Part shown: positions 54,597 through 63,826 of the stretch, in pieces | How positions within the stretch are numbered: the first letter of the stretch is position 1 | Layout: every line of letters starts with the position of its first letter | Assembly: GCA_949293555.1 (NCBI GenBank) | Contig: CASFDV010000002.1 | Span: 106,210-170,209, forward strand | Source of the DNA: an uncultured Bacillota bacterium | GTDB lineage: Bacteria > Bacillota_I > Bacilli_A > RFN20 > CAG-826 | Direction: 5' to 3' | Length of the DNA: 64,000 nt | Made by a program: the position numbers and the translations under genes | Notes under the pieces: model-generated | Database searches by the model: none | The model's input: only the letters and a program-made list of their open reading frames with translations | What the model was told of the DNA's origin: nothing

Positions 54597-54806
54597 ATGT
54601 CGCCGGAGAAGTACAAGAAAGAGCAGAACAAGGTCATCTGCGCGGCAGTGGGGGTGGTCATTGGCGAGATCGTCCTCGGGATCCTGCTTTTCTTCTTCCA
54701 GGCGTTCTTTTTCGCGATGATCAGCACGTTCGTCTGGGGGACCGCCCAGCCGGGCGGCACGCTCTACCCTCTCTTCCTATCTATCGCGGGCCTCGCTGGT
54801 CTATAA
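54597..54806 (+). CDS. Hypothetical small membrane protein (69 aa, 2 TM)
   Basis: AAGGAG RBS 8 nt upstream; two hydrophobic helices. Confidence 0.5.
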   Translation: MSPEKYKKEQNKVICAAVGVVIGEIVLGILLFFFQAFFFAMISTFVWGTAQPGGTLYPLFLSIAGLAGL

Positions 54807-54836
54807 TCCGCTCGCCTTCTGGGGGAACCATCGGGA

Positions 54837-55952
54837 ATGTCATTGAAAGCCGGTATCGTCGGGCTCCCGAACGTCGGGAAGTCGACTCTTTTCAACGCGA
54901 TCACCAACTCGCACGTCCTCGCGGAGAACTATCCCTTCGCCACCATCAGCCCGAACACCGGGGTCGTCCAGGTCCCGGACAGGAGGCTGGATGTCCTGAG
55001 CGCGATGTTCGAGCCGAAGAGGACCATCCCTGCCACTTTCGAGTTCTACGACATCGCCGGCCTCGTCAAGGGCGCCTCCAAGGGCGAGGGGCTCGGGAAC
55101 CAGTTCCTCGCGGCAATCCGCGAGTGCGACGCGATCGTCGAGGTCGTCCGCTGCTTCGAGTCGAGCGACGTCGTCCACGTGGAGAATTCCGTGGATCCGA
55201 GAAGGGACATCGAGATCATCGACCTCGAGCTCGCCATGGCGGACCTCGAGTCCGTTAACAACCGCATCGGGAAGCAGGAGGTCAAGGCCAGGGTCGCCCA
55301 CGACAAGGTCGCTTCTTACGAGATGCCGATCCTCCTCGCCCTCAGGGCCGTCCTTGAGCAGGGCCTTCCCGGAAGGCTCGCCGAGGGGCTGAGCGAGGAG
55401 CAGATGGCCTACGCGAGGAAGAACTTCTTCCTTCTGACCCTGAAGCCCATCCTTTATGTCGCCAACGTCGCGGACACCGACTACATGGACCTTGGCTCCT
55501 GCCTCCATTACCAGACCGTCCTTTCGATCGCCCGCGAGAGGAAGTCCGACGTGATCCCGGTATCCTGCGCGATCGAAAGCGAGATCGCCTCGCTCCCCCC
55601 TCAGGAAAGGAAGGAGTTCCTCGAGACCCTCGGGACGGAGGAGTCCGGCCTCGACAAGCTCGTCAGGGCTTCCTACCGTCTCCTTGACCTCGCCACCTTC
55701 TTCACCGTCGGGAAGGACGAGTGCCGGGCTTGGACCTTCCGCGTGGGGATGAAGGCCCCCGAGTGCGCGGGCATCATCCACAGCGATTTCGAGAAGGGCT
55801 TCATCAAGGCGGAGGTGTACTCATACGAGGACATCGTCCAGCTCGGGAGCGAGCTCGCGGTCCGCGAGGCCGGGAAGATGCGTCAGGAAGGAAAGGAATA
55901 CCGGATGGAGGACGGGGACATCGTCTTCTTCCGGTTCAACGTCTCTAGATGA
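54837..55952 (+). CDS. ychF: Redox-regulated ATPase YchF (Obg family)
   Basis: G1 [16 protein letters not shown]-terminal domain, 371 aa. Confidence 0.95.
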   Translation: MSLKAGIVGLPNVGKSTLFNAITNSHVLAENYPFATISPNTGVVQVPDRRLDVLSAMFEPKRTIPATFEFYDIAGLVKGASKGEGLGNQFLAAIRECDAIVEVVRCFESSDVVHVENSVDPRRDIEIIDLELAMADLESVNNRIGKQEVKARVAHDKVASYEMPILLALRAVLEQGLPGRLAEGLSEEQMAYARKNFFLLTLKPILYVANVADTDYMDLGSCLHYQTVLSIARERKSDVIPVSCAIESEIASLPPQERKEFLETLGTEESGLDKLVRASYRLLDLATFFTVGKDECRAWTFRVGMKAPECAGIIHSDFEKGFIKAEVYSYEDIVQLGSELAVREAGKMRQEGKEYRMEDGDIVFFRFNVSR

Positions 55953-56422
55953 TGAGGATCGGCTACGGCGAGGATATCCATTCCCTGGTTCCCGGGGAAG
56001 GGCTGAAGGTACTTGGGGTTTCCATCCCCTACCCGATGCGCCCCCTCGCCCATAGCGACGGGGACTTCGCCCTCCACGCTGTCGCGGACGCGATCCTTGG
56101 CGCCCTCGCCCTCGGGGACATCGGGCAGCTGTTCCCGGACAACGACCCGAAGACCGAAGGGCTCGACTCCGCGATCATCCTGGAGGCTGTCGTCCGGAGG
56201 ATGGAGGACAAGGGATTCCACGTGGGGAACATCGACGTCCTCCTTGTCGCGGAAAAGCCGAAATTCTCAACTTACATATGGGAAATGCGGAGTAATCTCG
56301 CCGGATTGCTTCACTTGGACATCGACCGCGTCTCCGTGAAGGCGATGACGGAGGAGGGGCTTGGCCCCGTTGGGGAGGGAAAGGCCATGCGCGCCAGCTG
56401 CGTGGTTCTCTTGGAGGAGTAG
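55949..56422 (+). CDS. ispF: 2-C-methyl-D-erythritol 2,4-cyclodiphosphate synthase
   Basis: …GYGEDIHSL…HSDGDFALHAV…; 157 aa. Confidence 0.9.
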   Translation: MMRIGYGEDIHSLVPGEGLKVLGVSIPYPMRPLAHSDGDFALHAVADAILGALALGDIGQLFPDNDPKTEGLDSAIILEAVVRRMEDKGFHVGNIDVLLVAEKPKFSTYIWEMRSNLAGLLHLDIDRVSVKAMTEEGLGPVGEGKAMRASCVVLLEE

Positions 56423-56423
56423 G

Positions 56424-58052
56424 ATGAGCAACGAAGAACTGATTCAAAACGCCCTGAGCAGGGCCGCGAAGGAACTCGGGAAGGACATCGACCCTGCCTC
56501 CATCCACGTGGAAAGAAGCCGCGGGGAAGGACACGGGGACTACGCGAGCAACTTCGCGCTGAAGTCCGCGCGCGAGTTCTCGATGAACCCGAGGGAGCTT
56601 GCCGCCAGGATCGCCGGGCTCGCGGCTGGCGAGGGCATCGCCAAGGTAGAGGTGGCTGGGCCTGGCTTCCTGAACTTCTTCCTTAGAAGCGAGTCCCTTG
56701 GCTCGATCCTCGACGAAATCCTTCAGAAAGGAAGCCATTTCGGCGACGGGGAGAGGAACGGGATCAAGGTGGACGTCGAGTACGTGTCCGCCAACCCGAC
56801 CGGGGACCTTCACCTCGGCCACACCAGGGGCGCCGCCCTGGGCGACGCCGTGAGCAACCTCTACCGAAAGGCCGGCTACGACGTTACCCGCGAGTACTAC
56901 GTGAACGACTGCGGGAACCAGGTCCGCCACCTCGGGCTTTCCCTTAGGGCCCGCTACCACGAGCTCTTCGGGGAGCCGCTCGTGCTCGGGGAGGACGACT
57001 ACCACGGGACCGACCTCATCGCCATCGCCGAGGACATCCGCAAGGAATTCGGCGACCGCTGGCTCAAGGACGACGAGGAGAGCGAGCGCTTCTTCGTGCG
57101 CTACGGGATCGACCACGAGCTTGCCAAGATCAAGAAGGACCTCTCCGACTTCGGTGTCGAGTTCGACGTCTTTACCTACGAAAGCGACATCCGCCGGGCT
57201 GGGAAGGTCGAGGAAGCCCTCTCTTTCCTTGAGGAAAAGGGGTACGTGTACGAGTCGGAAGGGGCGAAGTTCCTCAAGACCTCCTCCTTCCTCGACGACA
57301 AGGACCGCCCCGTGGTGAAGAAAGACGGGAACTACACTTACTTCCTTCCGGACATCGCCTACCACTACGACAAGCTCGACCGCGGGTTCGACCTCCTCGT
57401 CGACATGCTCGGGGCCGACCACCATGGCTATGTGCCCCGCATGAAGAGCGCCCTCATGATGCGCGGCGCCCCCGCGGAAAGGCTCGACTGCGAAATCTAC
57501 CAGATCGTCCGCGTCTACAAGGACGGGGAAGAGGTGCGCATGAGCAAGAGGACCGGGAAGGCCATCACCCACCGCGACCTCGTGGAGATGGTGGGCAAGG
57601 ACGCCGTCCGCTACTTCTTCGCGGAGCGCGCCTCGGGCACGCACCTCGACTTCAACCTCAACCTTGCCTTGGAGAAGAGCAAGGAGAACCCCGTCTACTA
57701 CGCCCAGTACGCCCACGCCCGCTGCTGCTCCCTCCGGAAGCTGGGAGAGGAGTTCGCCCTCAACGGGGACAGCTCGCTTCTTTCCCTTCCTGTGGAAGGG
57801 ACCATCCTCAAGCAGCTCGCCCGTTTTCCGAGTATGATTCAGACCGCGGCCAAGGCCCGGGCGCCCTATAAGGTCGCCGGCTACTGCCAGGAGCTCGCGG
57901 CGGACATCCACGAGTACTACCAGGCCGTGCGCATCATCGACAGGGAGAACCCCGCCCTCACCGGCGCGAGGCTCCGCCTCATCGAAGGGTGCCGCATCGT
58001 GATGAAGGAGGCCCTCGCCATCCTCGGCGTCGGCGCTCCCGAAAGAATGTGA
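56424..58052 (+). CDS. argS: Arginine--tRNA ligase
   Basis: Start refined to ATG 56424 after GGAGGAG; HIGH motif (SANPTGDLHLGH), anticodon-binding DALR domain; 542 aa. Confidence 0.95.
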   Translation: MSNEELIQNALSRAAKELGKDIDPASIHVERSRGEGHGDYASNFALKSAREFSMNPRELAARIAGLAAGEGIAKVEVAGPGFLNFFLRSESLGSILDEILQKGSHFGDGERNGIKVDVEYVSANPTGDLHLGHTRGAALGDAVSNLYRKAGYDVTREYYVNDCGNQVRHLGLSLRARYHELFGEPLVLGEDDYHGTDLIAIAEDIRKEFGDRWLKDDEESERFFVRYGIDHELAKIKKDLSDFGVEFDVFTYESDIRRAGKVEEALSFLEEKGYVYESEGAKFLKTSSFLDDKDRPVVKKDGNYTYFLPDIAYHYDKLDRGFDLLVDMLGADHHGYVPRMKSALMMRGAPAERLDCEIYQIVRVYKDGEEVRMSKRTGKAITHRDLVEMVGKDAVRYFFAERASGTHLDFNLNLALEKSKENPVYYAQYAHARCCSLRKLGEEFALNGDSSLLSLPVEGTILKQLARFPSMIQTAAKARAPYKVAGYCQELAADIHEYYQAVRIIDRENPALTGARLRLIEGCRIVMKEALAILGVGAPERM

Positions 58053-58074
58053 AGTGAAGGAAGGAGAACCATCC

Positions 58075-58497
58075 ATGAAATTCGACAAGAGCATGATCGA
58101 CGTCGCCGAGGAGGCGCTCAAGGAGGAAGGCTCCGCCCTTCCCTTCCACGAGCTCTTCCAGAAGGTCGCCGAGCGCCTCGAGATGAGCGAGGGGGACAAG
58201 GCCGAGCGGATCGGCCGCTTCTACAGCGACCTCACCATCGACGCCCGCTTCGTCGGCCTCCCCGACAACACCTGGGACCTCCGCGTCCGCCACACCTTCG
58301 AGAAGTCGCGCCTCGACCTCAAGAACGCCTATAGCGACGAGCCTCTCGCCGAGTCGGAGATCGACCCGGACGACAAGAGGGACGAGGAGGAGTACGACGC
58401 GGCCATGCAGGGGAAGACCATTTCCCACGAAAGCGAGGACGGGACCGAGGAGGGCGAGCGGCGCCCGGACGAGGACATCGCCTCGCTCGTCGGCTGA
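58075..58497 (+). CDS. rpoE: DNA-directed RNA polymerase delta subunit (RpoE), HARE-HTH + acidic tail
   Basis: …[26 protein letters not shown]… matches B. subtilis RpoE ([26 protein letters not shown]); acidic C-terminus; ATG 58075 after AAGGAG. Confidence 0.85.
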   Translation: MKFDKSMIDVAEEALKEEGSALPFHELFQKVAERLEMSEGDKAERIGRFYSDLTIDARFVGLPDNTWDLRVRHTFEKSRLDLKNAYSDEPLAESEIDPDDKRDEEEYDAAMQGKTISHESEDGTEEGERRPDEDIASLVG

Positions 58498-58555
58498 TTC
58501 CTGGAAGCGCTTCCTGTGGTATAACTACAGCGCCAAACTGAAGGAGATTGAAACA

Positions 58556-59413
58556 ATGGCTCTCGAGAACATGGTCGGGATGCTCGGCAAGGCCCAGGAA
58601 GGGCGCTACGCTGTCGGGCAGTTCAACATCAACAACGTCGAATGGGTCGGGGCGATCCTCGACAAGGCGGAGGAGCTCAGGACTCCCGTCATCCTCGGCG
58701 TCAGCGAAGGCGCGATGCGCTACATGGGCGGCTGGAACACGGTCGTCGGCATGGTGAAGGGCTACATCCAGGACAAGAACATCACCGTCCCGGTCGCCAT
58801 CCACCTCGACCACGGCTCGTCCTTCGAAAGCTGCAAGGCCGCGATCGACGCCGGCTTCACCAGCGTCATGATCGACGGGAGCCACTATCCCCTCGAGGAG
58901 AACATCGCCCTCGTCAAGAAGGTCGTCGAGTACGCCCATCCGCGCGGGGTCTCCGTCGAGGCGGAGCTCGGCAAGGTCGGGGGACAGGAAGACGACGTGG
59001 TCGCCGAGACCATGTACGCCGACCCCGACGAATGCGTCCGCATGGTGAAGGAGACGGGCATCGACTGCCTCGCCCCCGCCCTCGGTTCCGTCCACGGGCC
59101 CTACCACGGGGAACCGAAGCTCGGCTTCAAGGAGATGGAGGTCATCCATAACCTCGTGAAGCTGCCGCTCGTCCTCCACGGAGGCTCGGGCATCCCCAAG
59201 GAGCAGATCCAGCGCGCGATCTCGCTTGGGACCTGCAAGATCAACGTCAACACCGAGTGCCAGCAGTACTGGGCCAGGATCGTCCGCGAGGTGATCGCCA
59301 AGGACCAGAAGGTGTACGACCCCCGCAAGATCATCGGCCCCGGCAAGAAGGGCATCCAGGAGACGATGACCGAGCACTGCGAGTGGTTCGGCTGCATCGG
59401 CAAGGCCGAGTAA
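58556..59413 (+). CDS. fba: Class II fructose-bisphosphate aldolase
   Basis: 285 aa; class II aldolase zinc/His motifs (…HLDHGSS…, …HGGSGIP…). Confidence 0.93.
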   Translation: MALENMVGMLGKAQEGRYAVGQFNINNVEWVGAILDKAEELRTPVILGVSEGAMRYMGGWNTVVGMVKGYIQDKNITVPVAIHLDHGSSFESCKAAIDAGFTSVMIDGSHYPLEENIALVKKVVEYAHPRGVSVEAELGKVGGQEDDVVAETMYADPDECVRMVKETGIDCLAPALGSVHGPYHGEPKLGFKEMEVIHNLVKLPLVLHGGSGIPKEQIQRAISLGTCKINVNTECQQYWARIVREVIAKDQKVYDPRKIIGPGKKGIQETMTEHCEWFGCIGKAE

Positions 59414-59430
59414 GGAACGGACGCTTTGGA

Positions 59431-59457
59431 AAGGGACCTTCGGGTCCCTTTCCTTTC
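59431..59457 (+). terminator. Rho-independent terminator after fba
   Basis: AAGGGACC-TTCG-GGTCCCTT perfect stem followed by a T-rich tract. Confidence 0.65.
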
Positions 59458-59471
59458 CAAGGAGGGAAGAG

Positions 59472-60263
59472 ATGGATCGGAAGAAACTTCTGGAGGAGAT
59501 GATGCTCGCCATTCGCGGGGCGGAGGAAGGGATCCTCGAGGTGTACCGGACGGACTTCGCCGTCGAGACCAAGGATGACGATAGCCCCGTCACCGCTGCC
59601 GACAAGGGCGCGGACGGCTACCTGCGCGACTTTCTGCACGCGCGATATCCCGAAGCCGCCTTCCTCACCGAGGAACATAAGGACGACCTCCGGAGGCTTG
59701 GCGCATCTTCCCTCTTCGTCATCGATCCCGTCGACGGGACGAGCGACTTCGTCTCGAGGACCGGCGAGTTCACGACGAACCTCGCCTATGTGGAAGGGAA
59801 GGAAGTGACGATCGGCCTCATCAACTGGGTCGCCGGCCCCTACGTCTACTGGGCCATCCGCGGAGAAGGGGCCTGGCGGAGGGACAAGCTCACGGGGAAG
59901 GACGAAAGAATCCATGTCTCTTTGAGGAGAACGGACCTCCGCGTCCTCGTGAGCAGGAGCCATCTCCAGGAAGAGGAGAAGGAAGCCATCGAGAGGAACA
60001 AAGGCCTGATCAGCTCCGTCGAGGAAAAAGGCGCCGCCTTGAAGCTATGCATGATCGCGGAAGGAAGCGCCGACCTCACGTGGCGCTATTCCGCCGGTAC
60101 CAAGGAATGGGACACTGCGCCCGGGGAGCTTCTCGTCGAGGAGGCCGGAGGCGTCTTCCTGAAGCCAGACGGGACGCGCTACCTTCATAACCGCGAGGAC
60201 GTCCATAATCGCGAGGGGTATATCGCCGCGAATTCCCTCGAAGTCTTCCGAAAAGTCCGCTGA
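59472..60263 (+). CDS. Inositol monophosphatase family protein (IMPase/CysQ-like phosphatase)
   Basis: Metal-binding motifs …FVIDPVDGTSDF… and …WDTAPGELLVEEAGG…; 263 aa. Confidence 0.8.
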   Translation: MDRKKLLEEMMLAIRGAEEGILEVYRTDFAVETKDDDSPVTAADKGADGYLRDFLHARYPEAAFLTEEHKDDLRRLGASSLFVIDPVDGTSDFVSRTGEFTTNLAYVEGKEVTIGLINWVAGPYVYWAIRGEGAWRRDKLTGKDERIHVSLRRTDLRVLVSRSHLQEEEKEAIERNKGLISSVEEKGAALKLCMIAEGSADLTWRYSAGTKEWDTAPGELLVEEAGGVFLKPDGTRYLHNREDVHNREGYIAANSLEVFRKVR

Positions 60264-60321
60264 ATAGGGCGATATCCCTCTGGAAGGTCTATACTCGCCT
60301 CATAGAAAGGAGCTTATTGAT

Positions 60322-60555
60322 ATGCTCAAGTGGTGGAACAAGACCAGCAGGCTGGTCAAGCTCATCCTCCTCATCATCCCCTTCGTCAACTGGTGGGTGG
60401 TCCTCTTCGTCAGGTTCGCCGCCTTCCTCAACCATCCCAGCCTCCTGAGGCTCATCGTCCTCATCGCCTACCTCCTCCTCGGCTGGGCCTGGGGCTTCAT
60501 CGACTTCGTGTGGGTGCTTCTCTTTAACCACCTCACCTTCGCCAAGACGATGTAA
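60322..60555 (+). CDS. Small 2-TM membrane protein (paralogue A)
   Basis: AAGGAG RBS; KLILLIIPFVNWWVVLF…LIVLIAYLLLGWAWGFIDFVWVLL; paralogous to the next ORF. Confidence 0.55.
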   Translation: MLKWWNKTSRLVKLILLIIPFVNWWVVLFVRFAAFLNHPSLLRLIVLIAYLLLGWAWGFIDFVWVLLFNHLTFAKTM

Positions 60556-60564
60556 GACGGCCTC

Positions 60565-60807
60565 GTGAAAGAGTTCCTCTCCTCCGCCGACGCGCTTCCC
60601 TCCTGGGCGAAGCTCGTCCTCATGATCCCGTTCCTCGACATCTTCTGGTGGATCTACCGGATCATCCGTTCCATCGATAGCGGGAACGCGCTCTGCCTCG
60701 TGCTTGGGATCGTCCTCCTTTTCGTGGGCATCCCCTTCTGGTGGCTGGTGGACATCGTCTACTACCTCCTCAAAGGGAAGGTGCTCGTCTTCGAGGATCT
60801 CCTCTAG
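60565..60807 (+). CDS. Small 2-TM membrane protein (paralogue B)
   Basis: KLVLMIPFLDIFWWIYRII…LVLGIVLLFVGIPFWWLVDIVYYLL shares the P-F-x-[DN]-x-WW … G-x-x-W-x-x-D-x-V pattern with paralogue A; GTG start without clear SD (alternative ATG 60622). Confidence 0.45.
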   Translation: MKEFLSSADALPSWAKLVLMIPFLDIFWWIYRIIRSIDSGNALCLVLGIVLLFVGIPFWWLVDIVYYLLKGKVLVFEDLL

Positions 60808-60821
60808 CCCGCAGGCAAAAG

Positions 60822-60852
60822 AAGAGGCCGGGAGACCGGCCTCTTTTCTCTT
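60822..60852. terminator. Bidirectional intrinsic terminator
   Basis: AAGAGGCCGG-GAGA-CCGGCCTCTT perfect 10-bp stem flanked by A- and T-tracts; between convergent genes. Confidence 0.75.
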
Positions 60853-60887
60853 TATCCTTGCAGAATGTGGTTTCTTTTGAGGAAATC

Positions 60888-61211
60888 CTATTTGGATTCC
60901 TCTGGTCTTTTCTTTGCTTCTTCCTTGCGGGCGAGATATTGGTCCATGACGTCCGTCGGGACGTTCATCGACCCGTCGCAGCGGATCACCCCCGGGACTT
61001 CTTCCATGAGGATGATCTCCACGCCCGCGGAAATGTCCTCGTCCACGTAGGCGCAGCCTTCGCATGCTCCCACCATCCGGACGTAGACGACCCCGTCCTT
61101 GAAGCCGACGTACTCGATGTCGCCGCCTTCCCTCCGGAGGAAGGGGCGGATCTTGTCCAGGACCGCCTCTATCTTCTCCTCGATCGCTTCCATCCCATCA
61201 CCCTCGAGCAC
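60888..61211 (-). CDS. Nfu/NifU C-terminal-domain Fe-S cluster carrier protein
   Basis: …GGDIEYVGFKDGVVYVRMVGACEGCAY… (CxxC of the Nfu domain); alternative start at 61193 (MEAIEEKIE…) is also SD-preceded. Confidence 0.75.
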   Translation of the reverse strand: MLEGDGMEAIEEKIEAVLDKIRPFLRREGGDIEYVGFKDGVVYVRMVGACEGCAYVDEDISAGVEIILMEEVPGVIRCDGSMNVPTDVMDQYLARKEEAKKRPEESK

Positions 61212-61245
61212 TATTTCCTTGCGCGTGGCGTAATATAGCGCGGAA

Positions 61246-61275
61246 CGGATGCCCGCGCATTCCTGACGGCATCCG
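61246..61275. promoter_or_regulatory. 8-bp inverted repeat CGGATGCC…(14 nt)…GGCATCCG in the divergent nfu/pepF intergenic region
   Basis: Lies 17 nt upstream of the pepF ATG. Confidence 0.3.
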
Positions 61276-61291
61276 GAAGCGAGGTAACGAT

Positions 61292-62995
61292 ATGAAGAAA
61301 GAACTAGCGAAGTTCGAGGACTGGCCCTTCCGCGTCCCGAACTGGAAGAAGGTCGGGGAGAAGATCGACAGCCTGACCGACCAATTCGTCGGGGCCAAGG
61401 ACGAGAAGGGCGCCCTCAAGGCGTTCAAGGCGATGAGCCGCTACATGGAGAAGGTGGAGGACCAGCTGACGCACATCTCCGTCCTCTTCACCCTCGACAC
61501 GAGGAACCCGAAGTACGTGAAGGCGAACGCGGAGATGGACGAGAACTCGCCCGTGCTCGCCGCGAAGAACCTCCGGTTCGCGAAGGCCCTCCTAGAGAGC
61601 CCCTACCGCCCCTTCCTCGAGAAGAAGCTCGGCTCCTTTCTCTTCCAGATGTACGAGTACTCCCTCAAGGGCTTCGACGAGAGGATCGTCGAGGACTCCG
61701 TCGAGGAGAATCGCCTCACGAGCGAGTACGGCTCCACCATCGCGCACGCCGAGGTGCCCTTCCGCGGCGAGGTCTACAACCTCCCCCAGATGGGCAAGTT
61801 CATGGTCGACCAGGACCGGGAGACGAGGAAGGAAGCCTCCGAGGCCTATTACGCCTACCTCTCGACCATCCGTCCGAAGCTCGAGGACATCTACGACCGC
61901 CTCGTCCATGTCCGCGACCGCATGGCGAAGAAGCTCGGCTACAAGAGCTACGTCGAGCTCGCCTACGTCAAGATGAACCGCTTCGACTACACGCCGGAGG
62001 AGGTCGCCGCCTATCGCGAGAGCATCCATGACTACGTCACTCCTCTCGCGGAAAAGCTCTTCCGCGCCCAGGCGAAGAGGATCGGCATCCGGAACATGCG
62101 CGTGTACGACCTGAACGTCCAGTTCCCGGACGGGAACCCCCTGCCCCGCGGGACGACCGAGGAGAAGGTGGAGGCAGCCAAGGTCATGTACAAGGCCCTC
62201 TCGCCGGAGACCGACCACTACTTCAACTTCATGGTGGACCACCACCTGCTCTTCCTCGACGCGAAGCCAGGGAAGCAGTCGGGCGGCTACATGACCTACT
62301 TCCCGGTGGAGAAGACCCCGATCATCTTCAGCAATTTCAACGGGACGTCCGGGGACGTCGACGTCCTCACCCACGAGTTCGGCCATAGCTTCCAGGCCTA
62401 TCTCGCCGGGGACATCAAGATCCCTGAGTACCGGATGCCGACGATGGAGTCCTGCGAGATCGACTCCATGTCCATGGAGTTCTTCGCCGAGCCCTACATG
62501 GACCTCTTCTTCGACGAGCCCGTCAAGTACCGCTACCTCCACCTCGCGGACAGCATCTCCTTCCTGCCCTACGGGGTCACCGTCGACGAGTTCCAGCACT
62601 GGGTGTACGAGAACCCGGACGCGACGAAGGAGGAGAGGAACGCCAAGTGGCATGAGCTCGAGCTCAAGTACACGCCATGGAAGGTGAAGGCCTACGAGGG
62701 CTGTCCCTACATGATGGAGGGCGGACGCTGGCTCACCCAGTCCCACATCTTCAACTCGCCCTTCTACTACATCGACTACACCCTCGCCCAGGTCATCGCC
62801 TTCCAGTTCTTCAACCTCGACCGGAAGGATCACGGGAAGGCGTGGAAGAAGTACCTCCGCCTTTGCAAGATGGGCGGGAAATACCCGTTCCGCACCCTCC
62901 TCAGGAAGGCGGGCCTCAAGGATCCCTTCGTCGAAGGGACTCTGAAGAGGACCATCCAGCCCCTCAAGAAGGTGCTCAAGGACTACGGCATCTAG
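61292..62995 (+). CDS. pepF: Oligoendopeptidase F (M3B family)
   Basis: Zinc motif HEFGH (LTHEFGHSFQAY) plus downstream E; 567 aa. Confidence 0.88.
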   Translation: MKKELAKFEDWPFRVPNWKKVGEKIDSLTDQFVGAKDEKGALKAFKAMSRYMEKVEDQLTHISVLFTLDTRNPKYVKANAEMDENSPVLAAKNLRFAKALLESPYRPFLEKKLGSFLFQMYEYSLKGFDERIVEDSVEENRLTSEYGSTIAHAEVPFRGEVYNLPQMGKFMVDQDRETRKEASEAYYAYLSTIRPKLEDIYDRLVHVRDRMAKKLGYKSYVELAYVKMNRFDYTPEEVAAYRESIHDYVTPLAEKLFRAQAKRIGIRNMRVYDLNVQFPDGNPLPRGTTEEKVEAAKVMYKALSPETDHYFNFMVDHHLLFLDAKPGKQSGGYMTYFPVEKTPIIFSNFNGTSGDVDVLTHEFGHSFQAYLAGDIKIPEYRMPTMESCEIDSMSMEFFAEPYMDLFFDEPVKYRYLHLADSISFLPYGVTVDEFQHWVYENPDATKEERNAKWHELELKYTPWKVKAYEGCPYMMEGGRWLTQSHIFNSPFYYIDYTLAQVIAFQFFNLDRKDHGKAWKKYLRLCKMGGKYPFRTLLRKAGLKDPFVEGTLKRTIQPLKKVLKDYGI

Positions 62996-63020
62996 CGAAG
63001 GGACCTTCTCAGGAATCCCG

Positions 63021-63043
63021 GCCACCCGCGAGGGTGGCTTTTT
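63021..63043 (+). terminator. Rho-independent terminator after pepF
   Basis: GCCACCC-GCGA-GGGTGGC perfect stem followed by TTTTT. Confidence 0.75.
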
Positions 63044-63138
63044 CTATCGGATGGTTTCTTTTCTAGTAAACATACGAAAACAGAAGAATTCCTAGGACAA
63101 AAACCATATGGAAACATACTTTTTCCAGTCTCTTTCCC

Positions 63139-63825
63139 TTGGAAAATTGGGCCATGAAAAAGACATGCTGCGATCGCGAGACTTTGTCCCGCCTGCTCCG
63201 GGGCTCAAGGAACCCCGAGCCCACCATGGGGATCCCGTCCCTCAAGGGCTGGTTCTCCTGCCTCCCCTCGGGAAAGCTCGTCCGTTACGAGGAAAGGAGA
63301 AAGGCCACAAAGAGGGACCTTATCCATTTCTATACGGCCGATCGGAAGTTTCTCTCGTTCCTCGAGCATCCAGGGCGGCGGGCGGACGAGCTAAGGGGTG
63401 CCGCGGGGATCATCGGCCCTGACCCGACGATCCTCGCCTACGAGCCTCTCGCCCTTCAGATAGAGGGAATCTTCTGGTCGCGCGCGGTTTCCGCTTACTG
63501 CGAGTCCCTTGGGATTCCCGTCGTCCCGAACATCCGCTGGGGCGACAGGGAGAGTTTCCGCTATGCCTTCTCCGGGATACCCGTCGGTTCCCTGGTGGCG
63601 ATCGGGACGCTCGGGCTCATGAAGAAGAGGAAGGGGATGGACGGATTGGCGCGCCTTCTTTTCAAGGAAGGCCTGAAGCAGATGGTCGAAAGGATCAGGC
63701 CGAAGGCGATCCTTATCTACGGGCCTGCCCCGGAGGACGTATTCGGCCCCTATCGGGATGTCATTCCCATTCACCGCTATCCAAGCCAGATCGAGATCGC
63801 CCATTCCCGAAAGGAGGAAAACTGA
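63139..63825 (+). CDS. DUF4417 domain protein
   Basis: …DLIHFYTADRKF…PDPTILAYEPLALQIEGIFWSRAVSAYCESLGIPVVPNIRWGDRESFRYAFSGIPVGSLVAIGTLG… matches conserved DUF4417 blocks (HFY.DD.KF; PDFS; N.RWGD…S; G.VA); alternative start ATG 63154. Confidence 0.65.
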   Translation: MENWAMKKTCCDRETLSRLLRGSRNPEPTMGIPSLKGWFSCLPSGKLVRYEERRKATKRDLIHFYTADRKFLSFLEHPGRRADELRGAAGIIGPDPTILAYEPLALQIEGIFWSRAVSAYCESLGIPVVPNIRWGDRESFRYAFSGIPVGSLVAIGTLGLMKKRKGMDGLARLLFKEGLKQMVERIRPKAILIYGPAPEDVFGPYRDVIPIHRYPSQIEIAHSRKEEN

Positions 63826-63826
63826 T

